A stretch of DNA of 63,319 nucleotides, filler included, from Octopus bimaculoides (Eukaryota), in the NCBI RefSeq assembly GCF_001194135.2. It is 6 parts of 4 records of this genome, joined end to end, with 100 filler letters (N's around TTAATTAATTAA, not from the genome) between each part and the next. Parts side by side here need not be neighbours in the genome. Positions count along the whole stretch, not along the records: positions 1 to 21,495 come from NC_068981.1; positions 21,596 to 37,866 come from NC_068993.1; 4 more parts are not named here. One strand, written 5' to 3'. The translations under genes were made by a program, and so were the position numbers. This document shows positions 11,844-25,424 of the stretch, one piece after another. Each line of letters begins with the position of its first letter. Positions within the stretch are counted from its first letter, which is position 1. The notes under the pieces were generated by a model. It worked only from the letters and a program-made list of their open reading frames with translations. It was not told the DNA's origin and made no database searches.

Positions 11844-12059
11844 TTATGTTTCACCTTTGCTTTGATACCCAGCTTTCAATCAGAGACGTCAAAAGACAAG
11901 TTTTGAATTTAAAGATTCCATCAGATGAGGTGCTATACAATCGGAAAAAAGTCTTTGCGTAAAAAATAAATGTTCCTTACGAAATTTATAACAATGAATA
12001 ATATTGCATTTACATAGAGGTACAACAAGGAGGTACCAGTTACATGTGTGGTACCATAA

Positions 12060-12240
12060 ATATGATATTTTGCAATTTGTCTGTCTTCATGTTCGGAGTT
12101 CAAATTGCAGTAGTCGACTTTGCCTTTCATTCTTTCAGGGTCGGTCAAATAAGTAACAAATGAACGCTATGGGGTCGATGTAATCGACTTACCCTCTCCT
12201 CCGAAATAAACTGTTGGCCTTGTGCCAAGATTTGAAAGCA
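12060..12240 (+). mobile_element. SINE family D, diverged
   Basis: GAGTTCAAAT...GTCGACTTTGCCTTTCAT...GGGGTCGATGTAATCGAC. Confidence 0.75.
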
Positions 12241-12999
12241 ATATTTCCTGTATGCACATCTAAAGAAAACTGTAAAACGCCTTCAAGTAGTTAATCCGTG
12301 CTATACTCAAACCCTAATTTTTTTTCTACAGCCTTTGATCAGTGATCGATATTTACAGTAATTGATATTTACATGTGGAGGATCCGTTCTATCTTTTTGT
12401 AAGCAGGTTGTTGCTTTTAAAATTTTTTTTTCGAGATGCTTATTTGCGATATTAGATTTTATAAAGTTGTTGTAAGACATATGCTTCTATTATAATGATA
12501 TCAAGTCTATGCACCTCATTTTGAAGGTAAATTTTCACATAGAAATCTCACACGGTCTTACGATGGTAATTTTCATTAGGATCCTAATGATTGAACTCCC
12601 ACTAAATCACTAAACTTTCAGAGTGTTCTTTCCCTTATCCTGATGTGCCTTCTTTTCTATTATTTTTGTGCCAACCTACTATGTTCCCATTCTATATGGT
12701 TGAAAGTCAATTTTGTATAGTCTGTTGCACATCTAACACGTATCTTTAAGTTTTTATCTGTCTCCTTTACAAGGATCGTTGAAATCAATCGCACTTTCAC
12801 AGCTATTTCTAATCCACTATCTTTCAATCAAGATCATTGTTCTTGTTTGCTTGACAAACAATGTAACGTTTAGGTTTACATTATCTTGTAATCCTTTTCC
12901 ACTTCTGTGTATTGATTATTGATCTTCTTATCTGCCATATGATCTTATTAGTGTAATATATCTCTAGTCTTATAACTACCAATGTATTCTGTATCTTTA

Positions 13000-13330
13000 T
13001 CTTTTATCTTTTACTTGTCTCAGTCATTGGTTGCGGCCATGCTGGGGCACCGCCTTGACAGAATTAGTCGAACAAATTGACTCCAGTTCTTATTTTTGAA
13101 AAACACTGCAAACAAACTAGTACAAGTTGTCTAGTGGCGGTGGGTACCAACACAAGCACAAAGGGCAGACTTCTTTCAGTTTCCTCCTACCAAATCCACT
13201 CACAAGACTTTGGTCGGCCCAAGGCCATAATAGGAGACACTTGCCCAAGGTACCACGTAGTGGGACTGACCTCAAAACCACGTGATTGGGAAGCAAATTC
13301 TCCCCACACAGGCCACGTCTGCGCCTACAA
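13000..13330 (-). mobile_element. SINE family A, internally deleted
   Basis: Reverse-complement head, core and tail are recognisable. Confidence 0.8.
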
Positions 13331-13409
13331 GCAGTGGCTGAGAGAAAAATAAACTTAGTACTAGTTGAAATGTGCTTGAGAGATATTTGAACCTGTAAGG
13401 AAGCTACTC

Positions 13410-13790
13410 ATTGCAGTTTGTCATGGAGTCGTATTCTGTATTATTCAATAATCTGCTGCCTCTACTTTCCTTGATATATACATTCTACTAAAACTGTTCC
13501 GCGGAGGAAACTCAGCATACTTCATAAGTTTTCTTGTGTATCTACTTCACCCAGCCAAGTTTTCTTCCACTGAAGGAATACTCTAGGTTACAAAGACAGT
13601 GAGAAGAATCAGCCTTCTTTTGTAGACACATGATTCCATAGCATCTCTGTTTGACTGATTGATACTCCAGGGTGGATCCTATGGTATCTAGTATCTTAGG
13701 AGTTATTTACAATCCCCTATCCGTTGGTTTGTATGGTTGGTAGAATGTTAACATTCCCACTGTGTCATAGACTAATGCTAGGGTTATTAG
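13410..13790 (-). mobile_element. Decayed RLE-type non-LTR fragment (HERO-like C-terminus)
   Basis: Minus strand shows remnants of the ..P.EEN..A..RKLMKYAE pattern with several frameshifts. Confidence 0.4.
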
Positions 13791-13806
13791 CGACGATGGT
13801 CTGGCG

Positions 13807-14295
13807 CAACGCTTCTCACCCGGGGTTCCGCAAAAGGTTTCTAGGAGTTCCCCGAGAATGAGTGAGATAAGCTAATGCTAATTTCATGATCGTAATATTA
13901 CTATACATGCAAAACATATTATTGGTTATTGCCATATTGTAATATAGACATCATTGTATCTAACCTATTATGTTATCAAAAAAATATAACAACCATTTAT
14001 ATATNNNNNNNNNNNNNNNNNNNNNNNNNNNNNNNNNNNNNNNNNNNNNNNNNNNNNNNNNNNNNNNNNNNNNNNNNNNNNNNNNNNNNNNNNNNNNNNN
14101 NNNNNNNNNNNNNNNNNNNNNNNNNNNNNNNNNNNNATATATATACATATATATATATATATGATATTTACCACGTGAACTACGATTTAGAAAATTGAGA
14201 AAGCTATGGTACATAGTTCCTTTTGTGCATGGGCTCTTTGTGACATGTAATTTATTTTAAGGGTTACGCAAGGGTAAAGAGGTTGAGAAACACTG
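13807..14295 (+). mobile_element. hAT-type MITE 1
   Basis: Degenerate TIRs CAACGCTTCTCACC / GGTTGAGAAACACTG; 8-bp flanks GTCTGGCG / GTCTAGGG. Confidence 0.65.
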
Positions 14296-14303
14296 GTCTA
14301 GGG

Positions 14304-14559
14304 CATTAATTCTCAACCGAGGTCCATATGATTCTTGGGGGTCCATGTAAGAATTTGATAAAATTTATCTACAATAAATTGGTTAAAATTCTATAATCAC
14401 AAAATATTTTAACAATTTTTTTAATAAAATTCATAACTATATTTAATGATAAAAACATTAAAGGAATTTTTAAGCATCGAATGACTAAAATGGTGTATTC
14501 GAGTAAAATAGGAATCAAAGGGGTCCAGATGCAAAAAAAAAAAAGGTTAAGAAACACTG
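14304..14559 (+). mobile_element. hAT-type MITE 2
   Basis: TIRs CATTAATTCTCAACC / GGTTAAGAAACACTG; 8-bp flanks GTCTAGGG / GTTTAGAG. Confidence 0.7.
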
Positions 14560-16329
14560 GTTTAGAGTATCTTTTGAGGCTTGACGAAAATCATGACTGC
14601 AGTTTCTTTCGAAGAATTTAAAATTCCGATATTATGAGCGACTTTCAAAAGTCTTTGTACTGGTAGTGTTACAATGGGGCATCAAGTACGGTAGTGCTTT
14701 CGGCTTGGCCTATCCAAGAAGCGCCGAAAGCAAGGAAAAATTTTACAGGCTCACGTTTGTCGTCAGAACGTTGGTGATTAGCGGAGTTATATCAAACATG
14801 TGTTATTGCGTTTTGGAGAGGTCTTGCTGTTAGCTGAGTCTTTTGTCCTACTGAGTTCCTTTGACAAGTAAAGTCAGTGAGTTTTCTTCTGTCATGATGT
14901 AGCTGTAAGGGATTGTGTGTTGGACACAATTAAGAAGAAAACAGGAGTTTCTTCTTCCGCCTAGGCCTCATCCATGTCTTCTTAACCAACATGAAGATGT
15001 AGATGGATAGCATCCACTTAGTGAGTGTGAGGTTAAAAGTCCTACATTTTAAAAATCTACTTGGAAAGTTGTGGCTGTTGTTGTTGTTGCTGCTTTTGTT
15101 ATTGTTTATCCCAGGTCAGCTTTTGTAGATCTGAGAAACATATGATAAATAGTCCTACCTGCTATGACCAAACCGTTTTCTCTACTGAAAAACAGTATTC
15201 CGGAAAACAGTATCCACTGTTCAATGTGTCCTTTCATAAGACGGTAGTGTGTGGTTTGATGGAGATTTTGCTGGTATTGCTAGCAGCTCGAGCGAACTCA
15301 GAGAATAATATTTGTTGTTGTAGCTGTTAATGTTGGAGGTCGTGGTGGTTGTCCAGACCAACCTCGCTCAAACGGATCTATGATCAAAACTGCTCTTGAC
15401 CAGACCGGACATTAGTTACCTTAGCATCTGAAAAGAAAAGTAAAGCAAAGACTTACTCAGAAATATAACAAAAACTATTAAAGACAGGAAATAACTAAAA
15501 CTACGTTCTGAATCAGTAACCAAACATACAAAGTTGTTTATCACCATCTTTGACAAGAACTAGCTTTGGACTGTAGTTTGGGGATTGTAAATGGCGACAT
15601 AGTAGAATACTTCTGCAACACATCAATCGTTAGATTCGTCCTAACCAGGCAGAACTACATCAATGTGAATGACCATTTGTCTTGACATGTATCTAAATGG
15701 CAGGACATATTGGATTCTCTAATTCAAGATACACTATGTTTAGAACAGCAGTGGGGATGGTCACATCCGCTTCCGATTAAGGCACCCTGACCTGGCACTA
15801 TCGGAGTGCTTGAGTGACGCTTTGAGTCTGGTCGGGTGCCAGCGGTGCGGAAAATAGTAAAATTAAGAAGCTGAGTGCCTCATACTGAAAGGGCATATGG
15901 CCCATAAGAGAAAATGTAATAGGCCTAGTATCTCATTTGTAAGGACATTATGTTATTTTTGGTAAGAGGCTTAGTACCACCTTGTAAGGATCTTGTGTCC
16001 AAACGGAACATTAGTAAGAGGTTTATTACCCCAAATTGTATGTTTTGTAAAAGAACAATGTTTTAGAGAAGCAGAGATCGGCGGGCGTCTTATGCCTTCC
16101 CTCATTAATACCATTTTTTTCATCATTTATCTCATTAATGTTATTTTCCAGCCCGCAACTACTACTTCTGTGTAATGCCTTGATGACAAATTGAATGAAA
16201 TAAAGTAGGGGTGGTCACAAATGGAATAACTTGATTTACAAAATCAGTGCCAATTTGAGTTAAACAGCAACAACTGAGTAATTATGACAACAAACAAGAA
16301 AATATTTCTAATTTTGTATAAAGAAAAAA

Positions 16330-16487
16330 GGCGTGGTTGTATGGTATGAAGTTTGCTTCCCAACCACATGGTTCCGGGTTCAGTCTCATTTCGCGACACC
16401 TTGGGCAAGTATCTTCTACTACAGCCTCAGGCCGACCAAAGCCTTGTGAGTGAATTTGATAGACGGAAACTGAAAGAAGCCTGTCGA

Positions 16488-16537
<50 letters not shown>

Positions 16538-16730
16538 GTTTGTGTGTGTATGTGTGTGTCCCCTTCACTCGCTTGACAATCGGTGCTGAGGTGTATGCGT
16601 CCCCGTAAATTAGCAGGTCGGTAAAAGAATATGTACCAAGCTTTAAAAGGGGTTTGATTTGTTCCAATAAAAAATTCTCCAATGCAGTGCCCCAGCATGG
16701 CCGCAGTTTAATATTGAAAGAAGTAAAAAA
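16330..16730 (+). mobile_element. SINE family A
   Basis: Head, core, (TG)n and tail all colinear with family A. Confidence 0.85.
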
Positions 16731-16809
16731 AAATAACTTGTTTTCTTGTCCCTATTTTCTTCTCCAAATTCGAAACTGTTTCCGGAAAAGATATTTTTAA
16801 ACTAAAATA

Positions 16810-17030
16810 ATCCTTTCTCCTCTAGGCACAAGGCCCGAAATTTTGGGGGTAGTTAGGCCAGTCGACTAGATCGACCCCAGTACGCAACTGGTACTTAATT
16901 TATCGACCTCGAAAGGATGAAAAGCAAAGTCGACCGCGGCGGAATTTGAACTCAGAACGTAAAGATAGACAAAATACCGGTAAGCATTTTGCCTGGCATG
17001 CTAACGTTTCTGTCAGCTCACCGCCTTTTT
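16810..17030 (-). mobile_element. SINE family D, near full length
   Basis: Reverse complement of the family D consensus seen at 19560-19770. Confidence 0.85.
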
Positions 17031-18469
17031 AAAGCTAAAATATCGTTAACGTAGCAAGATTTCCTAACACAGTTTTCTGAGCTTTATGTAAATAAATGCT
17101 TCCAAAGATGAAACAAGGTAAACATAAAATAAAATAACCCTAACAACAACAACAATGATAACTGTAAGAAGAGTACTGAACTCCATTAAGAAAATCTGGA
17201 AGATTTCAAATTTGGCATTTGTCCCACGCTCTGGTATTTCATGTCTTGTTCACAAATCTTACAGTAGGTATTTACGTAATTTGCATTGCGATGGAAAATT
17301 ACTCGTAATTTCAGGATTTAAATGATACTCTCTCACGCATTCCCCATCTCTCTCTCTTTTTCTCATATGTCTACATGTGTGTGAGAGTGTGTATGTATGT
17401 GTACCAAGCTATTAAGTGTCCCTCGGACGGAGAAAATTAAATGTGAACAGAAAATCTCGTTTCATGGCTTAATTGAAAATTGAAATGACTTAAGGAGCAT
17501 TAAATGGAAACCTCATTGATTTATCGCGCGCGCGCGCGAACACACGCGTAAGTTTTTCACGTGCATTTATTTGTATCAGTGTGTATGTAAATATGCGCTG
17601 GAACTTATGCACATCTGTACTTGCCAAAGTGTGTGTGTGTGTGTGTGTGTTATTTAGGACAATAAAGTGAATTTACGGTGCATGTTTTTTTTTTCTTTCG
17701 TTTACTCTTTCCCCTCATCTATTCACGCTATCTCCCGTTAACTTCCGCTCACCTCGCCACTGAAACACGTAATTAACACACCCCTTTCTGGTTGACATTA
17801 CATGAGTAGAGTACGAATTTAGGCATACATTTTAGGAAAAATCAAATTTTTCTTTAATCATTATCAATATAGATTCATAATATTAAATTTTGGGACGATT
17901 AAAAATACTAGGAAAAAATGCTTTTTATTTCCACGATAGATCTAAACACATAAAAAGATACGTATATATTTTCCTAAAGTGGCGAGCCGGCAGAATTACA
18001 CTAAATGACATTCGTTTATGGCTTTGGTCAGTAAGTGTTATTTCATATTTGCTTCTTTCTAGAAATCAAAGAAAATTATTTCTATTCCCTTCAAACTTTG
18101 CTTTGGTGAACTGGACATTAATGTTTTCAAACTGACCTATTTTCCTTTACATTTCAGACAGATTCAGTGATGAGTCGCTGAAGCAGATATATCGTTATTG
18201 CAAATATTCTGCTCAATACCACAGATTTGCTTGTCAGTTGCTTGATTTTAACCACTCGAACCCTTAGTGGCTGACAATATGTGCATTTCTGATTATGAGC
18301 AAGAATAGTGAGAGAACATCATAACCATGTGTTGAAAGGGACTCTATGGGGTTTGAATAAATGTAACAAAAGTAAAGTTTGGAGGGAATAACCATATTTC
18401 GAATTTTCTAAGGGTAAACAAATACGAAATAACAGCTGCTACCCAAGGGCAAAAATCGTGTTACAGTGT

Positions 18470-18720
18470 TATTAACACGCTTGACAAAATGGTTAGCGGC
18501 ATTTCTGTCGGCTTTCTAAGTTCTGAGTCCAAATGTCACTGAGGTCATCCTTGTCTTTCATCTCATTAGGATCGATAAAACAAAGTAACAGTCAAGTGCT
18601 GGCATTGGTGTAATCGACTTTTCCCTTCCTCTCAAAGTTGCTCTCCTTGGACCCTGCCACGGACATGTTATCTCGGTCGCTTATACGTCATGGAAACCGG
18701 GGAGCCAGCCTTATGAGTCC
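18470..18720 (+). mobile_element. SINE family D fragment followed by a family C-like tail fragment
   Basis: CTGAGTCCAAAT..GAGGTC..CTTTCATC..GATAAAA; then GGAAACCGGG..CCTTATGAG. Confidence 0.55.
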
Positions 18721-19357
18721 TAGAGGCCCCCAAACAATTTCTTTAAATATCTCATATCAAATATAATGGGAACGAATATCTTGTGCATTTTGAAAGTATT
18801 TTGGAGAAACTTAATCAAGTGACAAAATTAAATTTAAAAAAAGGATAAAATGGACATTTAAAAATAGAATTTTGTTGATATTCATCGAGTTAATTAAAAT
18901 AGATTTCTTAGTCCAAAGTATTATTACGAAATGTAACACTTGCTGAAAAAACAGTGGCTTGGCTATTAATATGTTTGCTGCTCGGGGCAGCCTTTTTTTA
19001 TATTTTACTTGTTTCCGTCACTGGACTGTAGTCATACTGGAGCACTGCCTTGAAATATTTTAGTCGAATGGCACTTATACTTTTTAAGTCTGGCAATTAT
19101 TCTATCAGTTCTTTTTTGTCGAACTGCTAGATTACTGGGACGTAAACGAAGTAATATCAGTTGTTAAGCAATGCGGAGAACAAACACGCCCTTCCCGAGC
19201 CAACGTATACAGACTTATACATGAGATCTTAAAATGCCGCCCTCATTCCTCCCTGGTTACACTACTGTGAAAAATATGATGAATTTCCACTAACTAGGGA
19301 AAACATCCATAAATAAAAATTACTTTATATTAGTTAGTGATATAAGATATACACATA

Positions 19358-19990
19358 AGGCGGCGAGCTGGCAGAATCGTTAGCGCACCGGAAAAAATGC
19401 TTAGCGGCATTTCGCTAAGGTCGACTTTGCCTTTTATCCGGTCGGAGGCGATAAAATAAGTACCAGTTGAACACTGGGGTCGATGTAATCAACTTAACCT
19501 CTCCCCCGAAATTGCTAGCTTTGTGCCAACATTTGAAGCCGATATTAATTATACACAGAGCGGCGAGCTGGCAGAATCATTAGTACGCGGGACAAAAAGC
19601 TTAACGGTATTTCGTCTGCCTTTACGTTCTGAGTTCAAATTCCGCCGCGGTTGATTTTGCCTTTCATCCTTTCGGGGTCGATAAATTAAGTACCAGTTGC
19701 GTACTGAGGTCGATCTAATCGACTGGCCCCCTCCCCAAAAATTTCGGGCCTTGTGCCTAGAGTAGAAAAGGATATTAATTATACACATAAGTAAGTATTA
19801 CTGCGTCGGAAAAAAATGCTTACTTGCATTTCTTTTGACTTTACGCTCTGAGTTCAAACTCCGCCGAGGTCGTCTTTGCTTTCCATCCTTTTGAGGTCGC
19901 TAAAATATTGCCAGTTGAGCACTGGAATCAATGTAATCGACTTACGCGCTTCCCCGAAATTCCTGGTCTTGTACCAGAATTCGAAAGCGG
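19358..19990 (+). mobile_element. Three tandem SINE family D copies separated by a repeated ATTAATTATACACA spacer
   Basis: Units at about 19358-19540, 19559-19770 and 19790-19990; the spacer occurs four times. Confidence 0.85.
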
Positions 19991-20666
19991 TATTAAATAT
20001 ACACATCTTGACGATTATATATGGCTTTTCTTAGTAAAATCATATATTAGTATTCAATGTATATAATACTTCACTATTTCATATATATATATAGACACAC
20101 ATACACATATATATGTGTGTGTGTGTGTGCGTGTATGTGTGTGTATAACATATAAAACAGAGTTTACTGTGATATATCTTTAGTTTTAAATTAAGTCTAT
20201 CTACTTTGAAGTTTTCCACTTTGAACACCGCGGTACATTCTAAAATGTACTGAAAATTAATTTTTACTAAAATATAACAAAACAAACACCTGATAGATTA
20301 TGTGATAAGGTTTCGGGACTCTATTGACATTTTTTTTCGAATCCTAATTTTATCCTCTTTCATTTATTTATTTATTTATTTATTTATTTGCTTCATTATT
20401 GGAAATATTGCTGCCGAAATTAATGACTCGTGCAAAACTTCGAATCATTTGACTTTTTCCATCTTTTTTTTTAAGTAATTTATATTTCTTTATTATTTGA
20501 TTTTTGAAGTAATTTTTTTACTTATTTATCATTTGATTTTGAAAAGATTTATTTATGTATTTATTATTTGATTTTTGAAGAATTATATGAAAAAGAATTT
20601 CTACATGCTACATATATCTCTGTCAAGTTACATTATTAAAAAAACAACTTTTTTCTCCTTAAAATC

Positions 20667-21051
20667 GTGGCACTCCGTCGGTTACAACGACGAGGGTTCC
20701 ATTTAATCCGATCAACGGAACAGCTTGCTCGTGAAATTAACGTGCAAGTGGCTGAGCACTCCACAGACACGTGTACCCATAACGTAGTTCTCGGGGAGAT
20801 TCAGCGTGACACAGAGTGTGACAAGGCTAGCCCTTTGAAATACAGGTACAGCAGAAACAGGAAGAAAGAGTGAGAGAAAGCTGCGGTGAAAGAGTACATC
20901 AAGGTTCGCCACTCACCACCCCCTGCCGGAGCCTATTGGAGCTTTCGATGTTTTCGTTTAATAAACATTCACAACGCCCGGTCTGGAAATCGAAACTGAG
21001 GATCTACGATCGTGAGTCCGCTGCCCTAACCACTGGGCCATTGCGCCTCCA
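20667..21051 (-). mobile_element. SINE family B, full length
   Basis: Reverse complement of the 8683-9062 copy. Confidence 0.92.
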
Positions 21052-22153
21052 CTTTCCCTAAAATATATAGATATCGACTCTGTCGCACAATGTGTTCTGT
21101 AACTTTGATCTGAGTTCAAATCCCGCCGAGATCGAGTTACTTTTTCCTGTTCCAGGGCCAATAAATTAAAGTTACCAGTTATTTACTGAGGTTCCATATA
21201 ATCGACAATTCCTTCTTTTCTTTTCCTCGTTTCACCTATGGCGTTGTGGTCATGCTGGGGCTCTGCCTCGAAAGATTTTAGTCGAGCAGTACTCGTTCTT
21301 TTCTTTTTTCTTTTCGTTTTTTTTTCTCTTTTCGTTTTTTATTCGTTTTTTGAATTGTTTGTTCGTTGATTTGGCTACATTCATAACACACACATATATG
21401 CACGCACACGCGCGCACACACACACACACATAGACACATATATACATATATATATACATACATATATATATAGAGAGAGACATATATATATATATNNNNN
21501 NNNNNNNNNNNNNNNNNNNNNNNNNNNNNNNNNNNNNNNTTAATTAATTAANNNNNNNNNNNNNNNNNNNNNNNNNNNNNNNNNNNNNNNNNNNNGGGAG
21601 GTGGATGTAAGAGAGGGGGAAGGTGGGTATGGGAGGCGGGAGAAAGAGAGGAACAGAAAGAGAGTGAGAGAGAGGGAAAGGGAAAGAGAGAAGAGAGTGA
21701 GAGAGAGTAAGAGAGTAAGGGTGAGAGAGTAAGAGAGTAAGAGTGTAGAGAGTAAGAGTGAGAGAGGGGAGAGTAAGAGAGAAGAGATTGAGAGAGAGTA
21801 ATAAATACTTGTGTATATAAGATTGACCAGTGACCGGTCTGTCAAAATGCTAGAAGAAGCTCACTTAAAAAATTCTCAAATACGGATTCAGCGGAGCAAA
21901 AACAGGCGGGCTAGACCAGTGTAAATTGTACATACCTCGATTATCTGCAGACTATAGTTTCAAAATCAACACTTTCAAAATAAAAGTGTCTATTTATCTT
22001 CAGTACAGATTGCCGATATTTTTACAATCGAACAGAATCTCGTGCTAGTTGTCTTCAAAACCTTCTGATTATTTTAATGTGCTAGTTTCCGGGTATTAAA
22101 TTGATATTAATTAATATCGAATTTTTACCATATTATGTTAATTATATATATAA

Positions 22154-22221
<68 letters not shown>

Positions 22222-24047
22222 GCGCTGGAGTGACTGTGTGGTAAGTAGCTTGGTTACCAGCCACATGACTCCGGGTTCAGTCCCACTGCGTGGTACCAAG
22301 GGAAAGTGTCTTCTACAATAGTCTNNNNNNNNNNCCACTAAGGGATAATATCTATCCAATATACTGCTGGAAGAATACCCAATTATTATTACATTAGTGT
22401 TTTTCATTGCAATGCAATGGCATTACCAAGTGCATTAAATGGGTGGTGGTAAAAAGATATTTTACCATTAATTTATATAGCAATAAGAAAATGGAGGGGA
22501 ATAGGTGGTATTCATCAGCTTGCAGACATTGAATTGTGTCAACTTACTTGTTTATTTGTTTACTAAAAGGACAATGATAACAATTTCTTAATTTGACACA
22601 AGAGAAAAGTATTCAAAAAATGTATTAAATCGAGCCATGTATATAAAGGGTACAGATTTTTACCAAGTTTTGTAAAATGAAGTTTTAAGTGTAACCCAAT
22701 GAGATGTGAACTTGGGATACAAAGAGAGGAATCGCTATTAACAATATTTCCGTTCCGATCTTTTTTTCTATGTTAGCAGTAATGATACATATACGAAATG
22801 TAAGAAAAAAATTACTTGCGGGNNNNNNNNNNNNNNNNNNNNNNNNNNNNNNNNNNNNNNNNNNNNNNNNNNNNNNNNNNNNNNNNNNNNNNNNNNNNNN
22901 NNNNNNNNNNNNNNNNNNNNNNNNNNNNNNNNNNNNNNNNNNNNNNNNNNNNNNNNNNNNNNNNNNNNNNNNNNNNNNNNNNNNNNNNNNNNNNNNNNNN
23001 NNNNNNNNNNNNNNNNNNNNNNNNNNNNNNNNNNNNNNNNNNNNNNNNNNNNNNNNNNNNNNNNNNNNNNNNNNNNNNNNNNNNNNNNNNNNNNNNNNNN
23101 NNNNNNNNNNNNNNNNNNNNNNNNNNNNNNNNNNNNNNNNNNNNNNNNNNNNNNNNNNNNNNNNNNNNNNTATATATATATTGTAGATACACACACACAT
23201 ATAGATGTATATATCATGCGTATATATTTTTTCCTGATTTTCACCATTATTACTCTTTTACTTATCCCATTACAATTTCTTTTTCGTTTTTTTTTTTCGT
23301 ACTACTCGATGTTATTATATTCATCACTTTATTGATAACTTTTGTATTTACTGTTAGTCTTTCTGCTCTAATCTTTGTTGTACAAGTTTTTTCCTGATCA
23401 TCTCAGTCTATTGGTGGCACTTTTGAGACTAGCCAAAAAATAATTTTAAGCAAGAAAAATCATTGAGTATTCAACAGAAAAAGTACTGAAAAAAGTAATA
23501 TGAGCAAAAACCAATAAACATTGCTACGACTAATGTTACGAATATAGTTTCAAAGTAAAATTGAAGATATCGAAAGTTATGTGATGTTAACAATTCAACA
23601 TTAAGAATTCAAAGAAATATTTACTTCAAAGTAGATAAAAGCCTTCAGAGGCCGAAATGTATCCTAAGTAAATATCTTACAGGAAAACATACCTGTGCTG
23701 CACACATGTACACTCCTATATTTACACACCTCACATTCTCTCAATGTACTCTCTTTCCCTCTCTATTACTGTCTCTCTCTCTCTCTCCCTCTTACTCTCT
23801 CTCTCTCTCTCTCTTTCTCTTACTCTCACTCTCTCTCACACATGCACACACACACACACTAACATATATATGTAAGTACATACAGAAGTCTGTTTGTGGT
23901 ATGCGTGTTGTTGGAAGTAGTTACGCTGCGTCACTCTGGATTTGTGCTGCATTGAATAAAAATACAACTTTGAAGTATAGGCTTATAATAAATGATATTC
24001 TTATGCAAATAATCACCTAGAGCTAAATATGCATACATCCACACACG

Positions 24048-24132
<85 letters not shown>

Positions 24133-24218
24133 AGATATAGATATACGTAAGTATTTGTGTATGCATATATGTATGAATGTAAATATGCATGTATATATAT
24201 GCATATATNNNNNNNNNN

Positions 24219-24270
<52 letters not shown>

Positions 24271-24495
24271 GTGTATGCTTCTGTATGTATGTATGTATGA
24301 ATGTATACCATATAGCACATGAATATAGCATAAATATTTGCTACATTGTTTTCACAATAGCTTATTTAATGCATATAAAAGTATATCAGAATTCCTGTCG
24401 ATCAGTCTCCCCAAATTTTATATATGTGATGGTGTGTTTGAGTATGTATTTGTGTGTGTAAGTATTACACACACGCACAAACAGACACACACTCG

Positions 24496-24526
<31 letters not shown>

Positions 24527-24583
24527 TTTCACACACATACATAGACATATAACAAACGTAAAAGATATACTGTAGATATATAG

Positions 24584-25424
24584 ACAGAGTGCGATGGGTA
24601 AATTGTAGCCATTTTATATTTTTAATTTTGCGCATTGTTTGTCGACTACACTGTATAGTAGGGTCCGTTGGGCACCGTCTGTAAGAAAAACACTACCATG
24701 AATGGAAACGGCATGCTGTATTGCTTGGAATTCACACTGGAAGCCCAAATGCGAGTATTTCAGACTGTTTGAATGTCAATATGAAGACAGTGAAATCTGA
24801 GGACATGTACCGAGACTGATAAAAATCAAACATCCAGTCAACATCATGGTGTTTCGAGTGATGCCTCATCTTCCCACACGGACTCAGACTCAACACACAA
24901 GTCAATATCAAAGTGCCTGAAAGAGGTAGAGCTACCTTAGGTCAAGAAGGTGACTGGTGGAAGACCCTATGTCTGGCAACAGGTATCCGCATCATGCCAC
25001 ACAAACAGGAGAACCCACTTATGGATGTCAGACAATTTCTGCGACCACGTCACCCTAACATCTGGACACCTAACACCCCAGAATGCAACCCCCTTGATTA
25101 TTATATGTGGGGCGCAGATGAGCGAGAGAACAACAAAATTCCTTGTAACAACAAAGATGAACTGAAAGCAAGGATAATGGAAGCATTCACCAACTTAAAC
25201 AAGGAAACTGTCCAGAAGAGTTGCAGAAGATTTCGAAGTCGTCTGGAGGCCGTAGTTGAAGCCAATGGCGATGTTATTGAATACATTCACCCTTTAGTAT
25301 TTCCAGATATTTTTATGGAATTTTGGTAAATATATGTTAAAATGAGATATTAGTGTTATTTTCATTTTTGCGTATACTATATATATTTTTATACTTATTG
25401 TATTCATAACATATATGTGTCTAT
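24584..25424 (+). mobile_element. Internally deleted Tc1/mariner element (maT/DD37D-like)
   Basis: WTPNTPECNPLDYYMWG..E...RFRSRLEAVVEANG C-terminal motif; left end ACAGAGTGCGATGGG; right end lies in a gap. Confidence 0.75.

Noticed and set aside
18157-18200. GTGATGAGTCGCTGAAG, resembling a viroid hammerhead, after a plus-strand acceptor
   Set aside because: The first core base is wrong, there is no GAAA box or closing stem, and the frame runs into a repeat and a stop.
19330-20010. Repeat-spacer periodicity reminiscent of a CRISPR array
   Set aside because: The 'spacers' are homologous SINE copies of about 200 bp in a eukaryotic genome.
21539-21552. TTAATTAATTAA islands inside N runs (also 37911, 49548, 56305, 60952)
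   Set aside because: Identical 12-mer centred in 100-bp gaps; an assembly spacer with stops in all six frames, not biology.
22550-22566. 15-nt minus-strand microexon-like segment (TTTTAG|TAAACAAATAAACAA|GTAAGT)
   Set aside because: No neighbouring exons could be linked to it; such signals arise by chance in 60 kb.
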